Positions 37,364 to 47,821 of a stretch of 64,000 nt of DNA are shown here, one piece after another. Both the position numbers and the translations under genes were made by a program. Every line of letters begins with the position of its first letter. The stretch's first letter is position 1. This DNA comes from Deltaproteobacteria bacterium RIFCSPHIGHO2_02_FULL_44_16. GTDB taxonomy: Bacteria; UBA10199; 2-02-FULL-44-16. The notes beneath the pieces are model-generated. The model worked only from the letters and a program-made list of their open reading frames with translations. It searched no databases and had not been told where the DNA came from. The stretch is taken from contig MGRM01000012.1 of the NCBI GenBank assembly GCA_001798185.1, positions 88,120 to 152,119 of the forward strand, read 5' to 3'.

Positions 37364-37888
37364 ATGAAAAAAAGCGAAATGTTACAGGCACTTAAGCTCC
37401 TAGATAGTCGACTTCCAAAAAAAGTCACGATGCTTATTGGAGGTGGATCGGCGATGCTTCTGGCTCACGATGTTCCTCTTACAACGGCAGACATTGACGG
37501 ACTTCCTCTCTCAACTGATCTGAGTCCCGCTGAACTCGACAATATTGTCAAGGACGTTGGCCAAGAATTGAAAATCGGAGGTCAATGGTACAACTCTTAT
37601 TTCAGCACCTTCACCTACTCTCTTCCCAAGGATTTTCGCGATCGACTCATCACCGTCTATAAAGGAAAAATGCTCCACGCTCTTGCTCTCGGTGCAGAAG
37701 ATATTCTCATCATGAAATGTTTTGCAGGAAGAGAAAAAGATATCGGGCACGCCAAAGCTTTGATCAAACGTGGCGCTGACACCGACCTGGTGGAACACCA
37801 GCTTGATAACCTTCAGGGAAAAGGACTTCCTGGAGCTGAAAATGCTTTGGATTTTCTACATGATTTACTCGATCAACTTGAGGTTTGA
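37364..37888 (+). CDS. DUF6036/AbiEii-like nucleotidyltransferase
   Basis: LIGGGSAM..TTADID..EDILIMKCFAGREKD. Confidence 0.8.
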   Translation: MKKSEMLQALKLLDSRLPKKVTMLIGGGSAMLLAHDVPLTTADIDGLPLSTDLSPAELDNIVKDVGQELKIGGQWYNSYFSTFTYSLPKDFRDRLITVYKGKMLHALALGAEDILIMKCFAGREKDIGHAKALIKRGADTDLVEHQLDNLQGKGLPGAENALDFLHDLLDQLEV

Positions 37889-38653
37889 ATGATCAAAAAA
37901 ATTCCAACTGATCGACATTTAAGCCGTCTCTATTTTGAACTTCGAAAGCATGGCGCTCATTGTATCGGCGAGAAATATCGGTGGCCATATCGGTTTCGTT
38001 CGCTTGAAGAACTTATCGCCTTAGCTTGTGATATGTCACGCTATGATCCACGCTTGATAACTATTCTGGTCAATTTCTTTATCGAACATCGGAATAAACT
38101 GAATCCAGCGCAGATTCGCTCTTTTTATTCTGCTATGAAAACAGTTCAAACAATTGCGATCATTTGCGAATTTGTACGTGATGCTGGAGATGACGAACTC
38201 AAATATTTCTGCAACTATCTTCAAGCGGGTCTCGCCCCTCTTCCCCTTCAATTCTATTTCTATCATCTTTCATCTCCAGGCGGAGCGATTGCAGAGCGCA
38301 CTCTTGAAGCATCTCTTACGCAATATAAGCGCTGGGGGTTTCTCGCGCGAGAAGCACCTCGCTTGGAGAGTGACCGTCATGCTTCTCTTGGAAAACTTGA
38401 TCTAGCTTCCCGTCGCAATATTCTCCGTCGACTTCTTGCGACTCGAAAACAAATTAAAGTTTCAGATTATCTCGAAGCAACGGGTCATATAATCTCACGA
38501 CAACAAGCTCTCCTCGATCTTTCCAATTCTTCTTTTGCAAAACTCGCAGGCAAAGGTCGCGGCAGCCATTGGATTGCCAAGAAAAATATTCTTCAAGGAT
38601 TTCTTGGCGACATGGACACGCGAAATGTTCGTGATGAAAATGATCGGTTGTGA
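37889..38653 (+). CDS. Hypothetical partner protein with a probable C-terminal wHTH
   Basis: Abuts the NTase gene; ISRQQALLDL..GKGRGSHW resembles a winged helix. Confidence 0.6.
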   Translation: MIKKIPTDRHLSRLYFELRKHGAHCIGEKYRWPYRFRSLEELIALACDMSRYDPRLITILVNFFIEHRNKLNPAQIRSFYSAMKTVQTIAIICEFVRDAGDDELKYFCNYLQAGLAPLPLQFYFYHLSSPGGAIAERTLEASLTQYKRWGFLAREAPRLESDRHASLGKLDLASRRNILRRLLATRKQIKVSDYLEATGHIISRQQALLDLSNSSFAKLAGKGRGSHWIAKKNILQGFLGDMDTRNVRDENDRL

Positions 38654-38687
38654 CCAATAAGTGTCTGACACTTATTGGTCAACCACT

Positions 38688-40331
38688 CTAATGATGAAAA
38701 TGCCGTTTACCGGTGAAGACCATGGCGATATTATGTTCATTGGCAGCTTCAATGACTTCATCATCGCGAAGAGAGCCACCGGGTTGGATGATGGCTGTGA
38801 TCCCTGCTTTTGCTGCAATATCAACACCATCACGAAAAGGAAAAAAGGCATCCGACCCCAGGGACTGCGTCCCTCTTCTGGGTATTTTTTGGGAGTTCAA
38901 TTTTTTAATTGCTTGTTCAACTGCATCCACTCGACTTGTCTGGCCAGCGCCGATACCAAAGGTTTGATCTTCTGATGCAATCACAATGGCATTAGACTTC
39001 ACATGTTTACACAGTCTCCATGCAAAGTTAAGAGCTACACCCTCTTCCTGGGATGGTGAACGTTTGGTCACGATTTGATATTGATGAATGTTTTCTTCTC
39101 CCACATCTCGATCTTGAACCAGCAAACCACCTGCAACTTTGCGAAGGGTCAATCCTGGAGAAGCTCCTCGTTTTCCTAAACCCTCCACTTCCAGCAAACG
39201 AAGATTTTTTTTCTTCGACAAAAGTACTTTTGCTTCATCTGAAAACGATGGCGCCAAAATCACTTCAAAAAAAGTTTCCCCGATCGCCTCTGCAGTCGCT
39301 TTATCGAGTTCTCGACTCAGCGCCACAATACCACCAAAAGCCGAAAGCGCATCGGCATCTCGCGCTTTGCAAAATGCATCCGCGAGAGACATTGATGAAA
39401 CTGAGGCCCCGCAGGGATTTGCGTGCTTGATGATGACAGCAGCAAAAGGAGCATCATTGAAATCTTTGATCACCGAAAGAGCCGCATCAGCATCCATAAT
39501 ATTGTTGTAGGAGAGCTCTTTCCCGTGAAGTTGTCGCGCATTGAAAATGCTTGGCTCAGACAAACTGTCATTCCCGCGAAGGCGGGAATCTCCTGAGATC
39601 CCTGCTTTCGCAGGGATGACAACCATATTACTCACATCACGATAGAGCGCAGCTCTCTGATGCGGATTTTCTCCATATCTCAAGGCTTGCGCCTTTTCAT
39701 AGATAAGTCCTAGCGTTTTGGGGAAATCTGCAACCTTTTCTTCATTCTCAAATCCAGTAAGATAGTTTGCAATCGCTGCATCATACCGAGCCGTCGTTGC
39801 AAAAACTTTTTGTGCTAAACGGAACTTCGTTCCTTTCGAAAGTTCTCCCTGATTTTTTTTCATTTCTTCAAGCACCGACACATAATCAGCATGATCCACA
39901 ATAACCGCAACATCGTGATAATTCTTCGCAGCAGCGCGAAGCATGGTCGGACCACCGATATCGATATGTTCGATGGCGTGAGACAAGGAGCAACCATCAG
40001 CAACGGTTTTTTCAAAAGCATAGAGATTGACCACAACAAGATCGATCGTCTCGATCTTTTGTTCTTTCAGTTCCTGCAGATGAATTTTGTTTTGACGAAT
40101 CGCAAGCAGACCACCATGAATTTTCGGATGAAGTGTTTTCAGTCTTCCATCGAGAATTTCAGGAGAACCGGTGTAATCGGAAACATCTCTCACTACAATT
40201 CCAGCATCTCGCAAAACTTTTGCCGTTCCTCCGGTCGAAAGAATTTCAACGCCAAGCGCGGCAAGCTCTTGAGCAAAAGCAACAATGCCGGTTTTGTCGG
40301 TAACACTGATAAGAGCACGTTTGATTTTCAT
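38688..40331 (-). CDS. purH: Bifunctional AICAR formyltransferase/IMP cyclohydrolase
   Basis: [45 protein letters not shown]. Confidence 0.98.
   Translation of the reverse strand: MKIKRALISVTDKTGIVAFAQELAALGVEILSTGGTAKVLRDAGIVVRDVSDYTGSPEILDGRLKTLHPKIHGGLLAIRQNKIHLQELKEQKIETIDLVVVNLYAFEKTVADGCSLSHAIEHIDIGGPTMLRAAAKNYHDVAVIVDHADYVSVLEEMKKNQGELSKGTKFRLAQKVFATTARYDAAIANYLTGFENEEKVADFPKTLGLIYEKAQALRYGENPHQRAALYRDVSNMVVIPAKAGISGDSRLRGNDSLSEPSIFNARQLHGKELSYNNIMDADAALSVIKDFNDAPFAAVIIKHANPCGASVSSMSLADAFCKARDADALSAFGGIVALSRELDKATAEAIGETFFEVILAPSFSDEAKVLLSKKKNLRLLEVEGLGKRGASPGLTLRKVAGGLLVQDRDVGEENIHQYQIVTKRSPSQEEGVALNFAWRLCKHVKSNAIVIASEDQTFGIGAGQTSRVDAVEQAIKKLNSQKIPRRGTQSLGSDAFFPFRDGVDIAAKAGITAIIQPGGSLRDDEVIEAANEHNIAMVFTGKRHFHH
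39566..39621. repeat. Palindromic element (family A), in frame inside purH
   Basis: Encodes [18 protein letters not shown]. Confidence 0.9.
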
Positions 40332-40342
40332 AAATTTATAAC

Positions 40343-40369
40343 GTCATCCTGAACGAAGTGAAGGATGAC
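40343..40369. repeat. Minimal palindromic element (family C)
   Basis: GTCATCCTGAACGAAGTGAAGGATGAC. Confidence 0.7.
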
Positions 40370-40379
40370 ATTTTAGACT

Positions 40380-41747
40380 TCATTTACCCAATAAGCTGGA
40401 CCCACCTGTAAATCGTGCAAGTTTTTTAAAGTCATCTTCTACAATTTTAAAGCCTGCTCCGACAAACCAATCGGTTTTTTGCAAAGGATTGAGCATGTCA
40501 TCAGCGCCGCCAACCACAAAAAAGTTCTTGGTCACATCCACATCACCTAAAAGTTTTAAGTGAACTTTTTCATTCGCAGCAGAGGGAAAGTCAAACGCGG
40601 AGAAATGCACCCCAAACGGTCCATGATCATAGTCAAGTCCAAGACCGCCGGTGGATTCAATAATTCCACCTCGAATTTGAAAATCATAAAACTGTTTTGC
40701 AAGCTGGACTGAAAAAAGAAGACTGTTGCGATTCGTCGTCGAGGTATCGGTCGTTACATTCGTCGTTGCGCCGCCAACCGTCACACTTGTTTGTTGAAGC
40801 ACATGCTTGGGAGTTGGATCAGGATCAGAAACCAGATCGATAAGAAGCGCTTTATCGGGGACAGGTCGCAGAGAGAGAGAAATATAATTTTTAAAGTCTT
40901 CGGACTCACCAAGAAATTCAGTATGAAAACCGAGTTGCGTTTCTAATTTATTAAATCCTCCGAGTGTTTCATTCAAACCATCCAACGATTCATTGAGTTT
41001 CTCAACAGTCTCTTCATCGTTCACGAGCTTGCCGATGGTCCCCTCGCCACGATTAATTTTTCCGGTAATCGAAGAAATATTTTCAATGGAATGCTCCACA
41101 TCCTGTCGCCCCTGCTCAATCAACTCACGAAGTTCCTGGGTGAGCGCCGCCATATTACTCGCAATACGATCGATGTTTTCGGTATTGCGAAGTGTCAGCT
41201 CTTTAATCGCCTCCGTAAATTCTTCAAGATTATGAATCGCATTATTCACCGGGGCTCCGCTATCTCCCGCCAGATTTCTCATGTTTCCCGTAATGGCTTT
41301 GACATCATTCCCAATCTCTGAAAATTGAGAAATAATATCGTTCAAATCTCCTGAACGTGTGCTGTCTTTGATTTCATCCCCATCGCTCAAACGATTCTCA
41401 TCGCTTCCGGGAACAAGCTCGACATAGGTTTCGCCCAGATAACCACGACTGCGAAGCTTTGCCTTGCTATCAACAGGAAGTTTGACTTCAGGATTAAGAC
41501 GCAATCGAATCCGAGCTTTGCGAGAATCGACCAGATCGATCTCTTTCACCACTCCCACGGCAACGCCGGCAAGTTCAACAGGAGCTTTCTTTTTTAAACC
41601 TGTCGCCGAATCGACTTCAAAGGTCAGATCATAACCTCGACCAGTCACAGAAGTGCGATCAGCAACTCGAATCGTGGCCCAAAAAAGCACGATAAGAATG
41701 AGAAAAGTAAAGAGGCCAACTTTGACTTCCGTGGTTCGTTCTCTCAC
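40380..41747 (-). CDS. mlaD: MCE/MlaD-family protein with long helical and C-terminal domains
   Basis: EVKVGLF TM, GLKKKAPVELAGVAVGVV, LGETYVEL, GEGTIGKL. Confidence 0.88.
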   Translation of the reverse strand: MRERTTEVKVGLFTFLILIVLFWATIRVADRTSVTGRGYDLTFEVDSATGLKKKAPVELAGVAVGVVKEIDLVDSRKARIRLRLNPEVKLPVDSKAKLRSRGYLGETYVELVPGSDENRLSDGDEIKDSTRSGDLNDIISQFSEIGNDVKAITGNMRNLAGDSGAPVNNAIHNLEEFTEAIKELTLRNTENIDRIASNMAALTQELRELIEQGRQDVEHSIENISSITGKINRGEGTIGKLVNDEETVEKLNESLDGLNETLGGFNKLETQLGFHTEFLGESEDFKNYISLSLRPVPDKALLIDLVSDPDPTPKHVLQQTSVTVGGATTNVTTDTSTTNRNSLLFSVQLAKQFYDFQIRGGIIESTGGLGLDYDHGPFGVHFSAFDFPSAANEKVHLKLLGDVDVTKNFFVVGGADDMLNPLQKTDWFVGAGFKIVEDDFKKLARFTGGSSLLGK

Positions 41748-42499
41748 TGCGTCCTCCCTTTATGATTAGCACGGTGTGCAGCCTGCAAAAAATCCTGAAC
41801 GACTGACTGAGGAGAAGCCTGAAAGGCTTCTGGTGGTGCACATTCAATCACTTTTCCTTCATGCATCATCGCAATTTGATCTGCAACACGAAGAGAAGAT
41901 TGAATATCGTGACTAATGACAACCGAGGTGACTGAAAGCTCCTGCTGCATGGACAAAATCAGATTATCGATCGCAACAGTCATGATGGGATCGAGGCCGG
42001 TTGTCGGTTCATCGTAAAGAATAATGCGGGGTTCAAGCGCAAGCGCTCGCGCAAGGCCAACTCGCTTTCGCATTCCTCCTGAAAGTTCGCTCGGCATTTT
42101 TTCCGCAGCATCGGGAAGACCCACGAGTTTGAGCTTTTCTTTGACGATGCGTGAAATTTTTTTGGGATCACGTTCTCGATCATGTTCCACAAGAGGAAAT
42201 GCAATATTTTCCGTAACTGTCAATGAATCAAAGAGAGCTGCATGTTGAAAGACCATTCCAAAACGTTTTCGAAATTCATTGAGTTCATGACGTGAAAGTT
42301 TGTTGATATCAGTTCCGTCGACAATCACTTTTCCTTGCTCTGGCGTAAAGAGTCCGATGATATGCCGCAGGAGCACTGTTTTCCCGCATCCTGAAGCTCC
42401 GAGAATAACCGTAATCTTCCCTTTCGGAATTGTCAGATCGATTCCTCGAAGAACCTTTTGTTTGCCAAACGATTTATGGATGTTTTTCAGTTCAATCAT
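41744..42499 (-). CDS. mlaF: MlaF-type ABC ATPase
   Basis: GASGCGKT, FQHAALFDSL, LSGGMRKR, YDEPTTGLDP. Confidence 0.9.
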   Translation of the reverse strand: MIELKNIHKSFGKQKVLRGIDLTIPKGKITVILGASGCGKTVLLRHIIGLFTPEQGKVIVDGTDINKLSRHELNEFRKRFGMVFQHAALFDSLTVTENIAFPLVEHDRERDPKKISRIVKEKLKLVGLPDAAEKMPSELSGGMRKRVGLARALALEPRIILYDEPTTGLDPIMTVAIDNLILSMQQELSVTSVVISHDIQSSLRVADQIAMMHEGKVIECAPPEAFQASPQSVVQDFLQAAHRANHKGRTQ

Positions 42500-43302
42500 T
42501 TTGAAATAAATTCCAGTATCCACGTCGTTAAAAAATAATCGAGCACAAGGACAGTAACAGCAGAAGCGACAACTGCTTGCGTTGTTGATTTTCCAACTCC
42601 AGCAGCCCCTGATGTCGTGCGAAAACCCATAAAGCAACTGATCGAAGCAATCGCAAAACCAAAAATAGCGGATTTAAGAAGTCCTCCTAAAAGATCGTCG
42701 ACGTCGACATAATAATAAAGAAGCGTCAGGAATGGTCCTTCATGAATCGAGAGAAGGTGAACGCCCACAAGATACGCGCCAATAATACCGATAAAATTAA
42801 AAAGCATGGTCAGCAGCGGCATCATGACGGTTGTCGCCGCAACACGCGGAACAACAAGATACTGAATCGGATCGACCGCCATTGTCTCGAGCGCATCGAT
42901 CTGTTCGGTCACCCTCATGCTTCCAAGCTCTGCTGCCATAGCAGAGCACGCACGAGCAATGACCATGAGCGCGGTAAACACCGGAGAGAGTTCTCGTGTG
43001 AGCGACATGCCAACGGTAGCTCCCACCATACTTTCCATATTAAAAAGTTCGAACACTTCTCCTGATTGAAGCGCAAAGACTGCACCTGTAAAAAATGAGG
43101 TGAGTGCAATAATCCCGGTTGATTTCACACCAACAAATTCCATCTGACGAAAAAACTGGCGCATGCGAAACGGAGGACGTAAAAACCAAACAAAGGTAAG
43201 CTTTACAAAATGACACCACGCTCCGAGGGTGTGCAGAGAAGAGAGAAGACGAGCGCCTACATTCCCTGCAATGGATGTGATACTAAGCGCAACACGATTC
43301 AT
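42496..43302 (-). CDS. mlaE: MlaE permease
   Basis: RELSPV, AELGSMRVTEQIDAL, GAAGVGKSTT. Confidence 0.93.
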   Translation of the reverse strand: MNRVALSITSIAGNVGARLLSSLHTLGAWCHFVKLTFVWFLRPPFRMRQFFRQMEFVGVKSTGIIALTSFFTGAVFALQSGEVFELFNMESMVGATVGMSLTRELSPVFTALMVIARACSAMAAELGSMRVTEQIDALETMAVDPIQYLVVPRVAATTVMMPLLTMLFNFIGIIGAYLVGVHLLSIHEGPFLTLLYYYVDVDDLLGGLLKSAIFGFAIASISCFMGFRTTSGAAGVGKSTTQAVVASAVTVLVLDYFLTTWILEFISK

Positions 43303-43317
43303 GCTTCACTCCACCTT

Positions 43318-44469
43318 TCATTCTTTGCAGACACGAGGTATCCGTTTTGAAATGCCGCAAAAAATTTCATACGGAATGGTTTCAGCCCATGTTGAAATTT
43401 CACTCACATCAATGAAAGCATTCCCCTGTTTTCCGAGAAGGATGACTTCATCGCCTACTTGTACGGTGAGCGCAAGCGCGGAAACATCGAGCATAATCAT
43501 ATCCATCGTGACTCTTCCTATCACCGGAACACGTGTACCTCGTACAAGCACGCAAGCCCTTCCAGAAACATTCCAGGGATAGCCATCTGCATAGCCGATG
43601 GGCACAACAGCAAGACGCGTTTTGTGTTTTGTCACAAAGGTGCCGCCATAACTGACACGCGATCCCGCGGGAATCCATTTTAAAAGTGAGATGGCGCTTC
43701 GCAACGACATTACGGGCTGAAGTTTTATCTGAGGAGGAAGCACATGACTTGCAACAGTACCATAGAGTGCAATGCCAGGTCTTACTCCCCAACACTCTCC
43801 CTCACGCGATGTCATTACGTTTCGCATAATGGCTTCTGAGTTGGAGGCATGCCACAGGGAGACAGAAGAAAAATGCGAAAGGATCATTGTCCGTGCGAGT
43901 TCAAATTGTTCTGCTTGATACGCGGTATAGACAGCATCTTCTGCCGACGCAAAATGGGTCATCACTCCGACAAGTTTCAATACCTGCGATACTTGAAGTC
44001 GGAGAAGCACGGACTTTAAACTTTCAAGACGAACACCGAGACGATTCATCCCGGCATCGACCTGGAGATGCACGGAAAGTTCTGTCGACGCCGAAGCTGC
44101 ACCCTCAAGAAGCTCAATCGCATCGAGCGAATGAATCACCGGAAGAAGTTTTGCTTGGATCATCGCCTTTGCGGCAGCGCTTCCGCAGCCGAGCATCCCT
44201 CCCATCACAATAATTGGAACCGCAATCCCAGATTCACGCAGCTCAATTCCCTCTTCGACCGTTGCAACCCCGAGCGCGTGAACTCCCTTGACAATAAGTC
44301 GCTTCGCAACAGGAACAGCGCCATGACCATAAGCATCAGCTTTTACAATCGCGATGATTTTCGTCGTTTTCGGAAGGAGAGACGTGATGTGAACAAGATT
44401 ATGCTCGAGCGCTTTCAGGTGAATCACGGCTTCTGTAGGACGAAAATTCATATTCTCATGTCTTTTCAA
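43318..44469 (-). CDS. alr: Alanine racemase
   Basis: VKADAYGHG, GMNRLG, THFASA, GYADGY, GRVTMD, TIPYE. Confidence 0.96.
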   Translation of the reverse strand: MKRHENMNFRPTEAVIHLKALEHNLVHITSLLPKTTKIIAIVKADAYGHGAVPVAKRLIVKGVHALGVATVEEGIELRESGIAVPIIVMGGMLGCGSAAAKAMIQAKLLPVIHSLDAIELLEGAASASTELSVHLQVDAGMNRLGVRLESLKSVLLRLQVSQVLKLVGVMTHFASAEDAVYTAYQAEQFELARTMILSHFSSVSLWHASNSEAIMRNVMTSREGECWGVRPGIALYGTVASHVLPPQIKLQPVMSLRSAISLLKWIPAGSRVSYGGTFVTKHKTRLAVVPIGYADGYPWNVSGRACVLVRGTRVPVIGRVTMDMIMLDVSALALTVQVGDEVILLGKQGNAFIDVSEISTWAETIPYEIFCGISKRIPRVCKE

Positions 44470-44566
44470 TGTGTTAGCTGTTGATTTCTAACAGGCAAAA
44501 CAATGGTTGTCAATGCAGCGATGACCACAATTCATTTTCAATGAAGATGACATGAAATAGCATTCT

Positions 44567-45049
44567 TTGACATTCTTCACGCCATCTGTGAACTTCATGA
44601 ATATGAAAGATGCGGGATTGACACGACAAGAGCGGTCACTCAGAGCCTGGATGAAACTTTGGACCGTGCTGTTTCTTTTAGCCGCAGCGGTTGTCGCTTT
44701 TTTCCCTGATTGGATTTTGACGTATATCACCAACATCGGTCACACCCTTCTCGGATGGAGAGGTCCTCGTCCTTCTCTGACACAACATTCTTTCTGGCTC
44801 GTCCTTGCCGTGAGTCTTATGCTCACCCAGGCATACCTTTGTTTTCTTGTCGCCTACGATCCTGTTCGAAATGCATCTTTTTCCAAAATCATTATCTTTG
44901 CCAAAGCATGTTCCACGATTGCCTATGTCATCTCTTACTTTTTTATGGATCCTTATTTCATCTATGTGACAGGCGCCGTCATTGACGGCATTATTTTTTT
45001 CGCCATGCTCATGACGTATCGATTATCTGTTGTGAGCCGACCCGATTAA
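44567..45049 (+). CDS. Hypothetical membrane protein (4 TM)
   Basis: Four hydrophobic segments; start uncertain. Confidence 0.7.
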   Translation: MTFFTPSVNFMNMKDAGLTRQERSLRAWMKLWTVLFLLAAAVVAFFPDWILTYITNIGHTLLGWRGPRPSLTQHSFWLVLAVSLMLTQAYLCFLVAYDPVRNASFSKIIIFAKACSTIAYVISYFFMDPYFIYVTGAVIDGIIFFAMLMTYRLSVVSRPD

Positions 45050-45059
45050 CTGAAACCTC

Positions 45060-45836
45060 ATGATTCACGATCCTTTTGATTTTGTTGATGAAGGTCTTCT
45101 CCAGAAACTTCGTCCCGTTTTTCAATTTCTTTATTCACAATATTTTCGCGTCACGGTCACCGGAGAAAAAAACATCCCTCAAAAAGGAAAAGTGCTTCTC
45201 GTCGCCAATCATTCAGGCATGCTTCCGTATGATGGCGCCATGGTACATCTCGCAGTTTTTAATACTTCTGGTGGAAAAAGAAGAGTTCGATTTTTAGTGG
45301 ATGATTTTGTTTTTCATCTTCCCTTTTTGGGTGACTTCATTCAGCGCATTGGCGGAGTACGTGCGTCTCACGAAAATGCCACAACGCTTTTGTGTGCTGG
45401 AGAATGTGTCGCTATTTTCCCCGAAGGGGTCAAAGGAGTCGGGAAGCTTTACGATGATCGGTATCAACTCGACCAGTTTGGACATGGCGGTTTTGTCAAA
45501 CTCGCCATGCGTACGAAAACAACCATTATTCCGACAACGATTGTGGGAGCAGAAGAGATTCATCCGATTCTCTACAAAGAAGAACTTCTCGCGCAACCGC
45601 TTGGAATTCCTTATATTCCGATTACACCGACGTTTCCGTGGCTTGGCCCTTTAGGTCTCATTCCTCTTCCGAGTAAATGGCACATTCATTTTGGAAAGCC
45701 GATCAGCTTTACGAAGGAAAAAAAATCAGACGCCGAAAATGAAAAACTCGTCGAAAAAAAATCGGAAGATATTCGCAAAACGATTCAAACCACAATCCAT
45801 CGCCTTCTCAAAAAACGAAAATCGATTTGGTATTAA
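45060..45836 (+). CDS. Lysophospholipid acyltransferase family protein
   Basis: ANHSG..D, IFPEG, PLPSKW. Confidence 0.9.
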   Translation: MIHDPFDFVDEGLLQKLRPVFQFLYSQYFRVTVTGEKNIPQKGKVLLVANHSGMLPYDGAMVHLAVFNTSGGKRRVRFLVDDFVFHLPFLGDFIQRIGGVRASHENATTLLCAGECVAIFPEGVKGVGKLYDDRYQLDQFGHGGFVKLAMRTKTTIIPTTIVGAEEIHPILYKEELLAQPLGIPYIPITPTFPWLGPLGLIPLPSKWHIHFGKPISFTKEKKSDAENEKLVEKKSEDIRKTIQTTIHRLLKKRKSIWY

Positions 45837-45855
45837 TACACTTTTTGTTTTGTTG

Positions 45856-45907
45856 AATCGTAGGGGCGAACGGCGTTCGCCCGGGCGTGCCACTCGCCCC
45901 TACGATT
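45856..45907. repeat. GTAG-type REP hairpin between convergent genes
   Basis: AATCGTAGGGGCGAACGGCGTTCGCCC...TCGCCCCTACGATT. Confidence 0.75.
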
Positions 45908-47183
45908 CAATTAAAATTTGTCTCGTTAATCGTTTGGAAAGTTCCACACCCGGCTGATCAAAAGGATTGATCTGCATTAAGGCTCCCATCAGAACTGTTG
46001 CTATTTCATACGTCATTAAAAGCGAACCGACCGATTGTTCATGAAGTTTTGATAAGGTGATGGTGAAATTCGGACGATGCGCTTGCGCAAGCGCTCGCAT
46101 GGTTCCCTGTTGCCCTGCTTGTACAATACGATCAAAACTTTTTCCTTCTAAAAAAGCAAACGCCTCGGGCACATTGTGAAGACGGGTTTTTTCAGGCGCA
46201 GTACGATATGACTGAACGTTCAAAAAAGTAATGAGTTTATCATTTGGACCTTCCATATACAGTTGAAGCTGAGAATGTTGGTCTGTCACGCCGAGAGCTT
46301 TGACTGGCGTCATCCCTCTTCCGTTTTTTCCTAAACTTTCAGCCCACAGTTGCGCATACCATTCTGAAAAATCTCGAAGTGAATCGGTATAAGGCATCAT
46401 CACAGAAATTGTTTTTTTCTTTTTTGTTGCCATCAAAAAATGAAAAGCGGCAATGCGTGTTGCCGTTTCAAGAGATGTTAACGTCGCTCCTTGCAAAAGA
46501 CCTTCAATATCGATCCCAACGCAGGCAGCAGGAAAGAGTCCAACTGGAGAAAGCACGGAAAAGCGTCCACCTAAAGATGGAGGAATTACAAATGAAGTGA
46601 TTCTCTCTGTTTCAGAAAACGCACGGAGTGCCCCTTTTTCAGGATCGGTCGTAATAATGAGATGGTCTTTCCATTTTTTACCAATACTTTTTTGAAGCCA
46701 CTCAATGATGAAAAAAAATTGAGCCATGGTTTCAAGTGTTGTCCCTGATTTGGAAATGACATTAAAACAAGTTTTTTCTAAATCCAAATACTCGAAGAGA
46801 AGAGAAAAGGTATCGGGATCAAGCGTGTCACACACAAAAAGTCGTGGCTTCCCTTGTCGTTGCTTTTTGTCGAGGAGATTATGAAAAGGATGAAGCAACG
46901 AATGCGCAATGCATCGCAAACCGAGCGCTGAACCACCGATGCCAAGAACAACCAGATTTTCAAACTGTCTCTGAATACGTGAAGCTTGCTTTGGAATATC
47001 TTCGTAAAGATGAGAAAGATTTGGAAGATCAAGAAAGATGGCATCTTTATTTTTATGCCAGGTGGTCAGTTGAGCGCTCGCTCCTTTGAGTTGGGGCTCA
47101 AGCAGGGCCAAATCTTGTGAAGTAATTCCGTGCTCTTCACCAATCACTTCACTCATACAATTATTGAAATCACACTGGAGCAT
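45900..47183 (-). CDS. pgi: Glucose-6-phosphate isomerase
   Basis: GIGGSALG, ISKSGTTLE, GGRFSVLS, QLWAESLGK, DQHSQLQ, PFDQPGVE. Confidence 0.96.
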   Translation of the reverse strand: MLQCDFNNCMSEVIGEEHGITSQDLALLEPQLKGASAQLTTWHKNKDAIFLDLPNLSHLYEDIPKQASRIQRQFENLVVLGIGGSALGLRCIAHSLLHPFHNLLDKKQRQGKPRLFVCDTLDPDTFSLLFEYLDLEKTCFNVISKSGTTLETMAQFFFIIEWLQKSIGKKWKDHLIITTDPEKGALRAFSETERITSFVIPPSLGGRFSVLSPVGLFPAACVGIDIEGLLQGATLTSLETATRIAAFHFLMATKKKKTISVMMPYTDSLRDFSEWYAQLWAESLGKNGRGMTPVKALGVTDQHSQLQLYMEGPNDKLITFLNVQSYRTAPEKTRLHNVPEAFAFLEGKSFDRIVQAGQQGTMRALAQAHRPNFTITLSKLHEQSVGSLLMTYEIATVLMGALMQINPFDQPGVELSKRLTRQILIES

Positions 47184-47184
47184 G

Positions 47185-47640
47185 TTATTTTTTTTGTTTC
47201 TCTTTTTGACGCTTGATTTCTCGAAGATATCGAAGATCTTCTTTATCTTTCGGTCGTCCAGCTGCTTTTTTCATTTTGATGAGATCATCAAGGGAAGCAA
47301 AAAATGTTGGTACGCCTTCGTACTCACCTGGAACTTTGTTCTGCAATGCTGATTTCGTTTCTATTCCGGCTGCAAAGGGGTGAATATCTGTTTCAATCCA
47401 GTATTGGCGAAAAAGAATTTTTCGGGTTTGAAAATCCTGTACACTTGCATCTGCCGTGTCATAACCAAACATTTCCAGAGCGCTTTTAACACGGAGAATA
47501 TTTTCTTCTTCTGGGTCAACGAGTATATCGATATCTTCCGTTGCCCGAACAAAACCGTGCGCTGCACATGCCTGAGCACCGATGATCGCATAATGAACTC
47601 TATTTTCGTTTAAGAATTTGATAAGGTTTTCGATCTTCAT
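47185..47640 (-). CDS. DUF6036-like nucleotidyltransferase
   Basis: IIGAQA..RATEDIDILV..LIKMKKAAGRPKD. Confidence 0.8.
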   Translation of the reverse strand: MKIENLIKFLNENRVHYAIIGAQACAAHGFVRATEDIDILVDPEEENILRVKSALEMFGYDTADASVQDFQTRKILFRQYWIETDIHPFAAGIETKSALQNKVPGEYEGVPTFFASLDDLIKMKKAAGRPKDKEDLRYLREIKRQKEKQKK

Positions 47641-47782
47641 ATTTCTTTGCAAGTTTCAACATACGTTGTGAGAGTTCAAGAAGTTTGCGAATACGCTGGG
47701 CTTGCGTAAAAGTGAGACTGCACTTGACATCAAACTCAAGTTCTTTTTTTGGATCATCTTTTTCAAGTTTAAGCATCGCCAT
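47600..47782 (-). CDS. Small basic partner protein (putative antitoxin)
   Basis: 60 aa, overlaps the NTase start; TQAQRI motif. Confidence 0.6.
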   Translation of the reverse strand: MAMLKLEKDDPKKELEFDVKCSLTFTQAQRIRKLLELSQRMLKLAKKYEDRKPYQILKRK

Positions 47783-47821
47783 GCATATAAACTAGCATAG
47801 CTTCAGAAGTGGCACAAGTTC

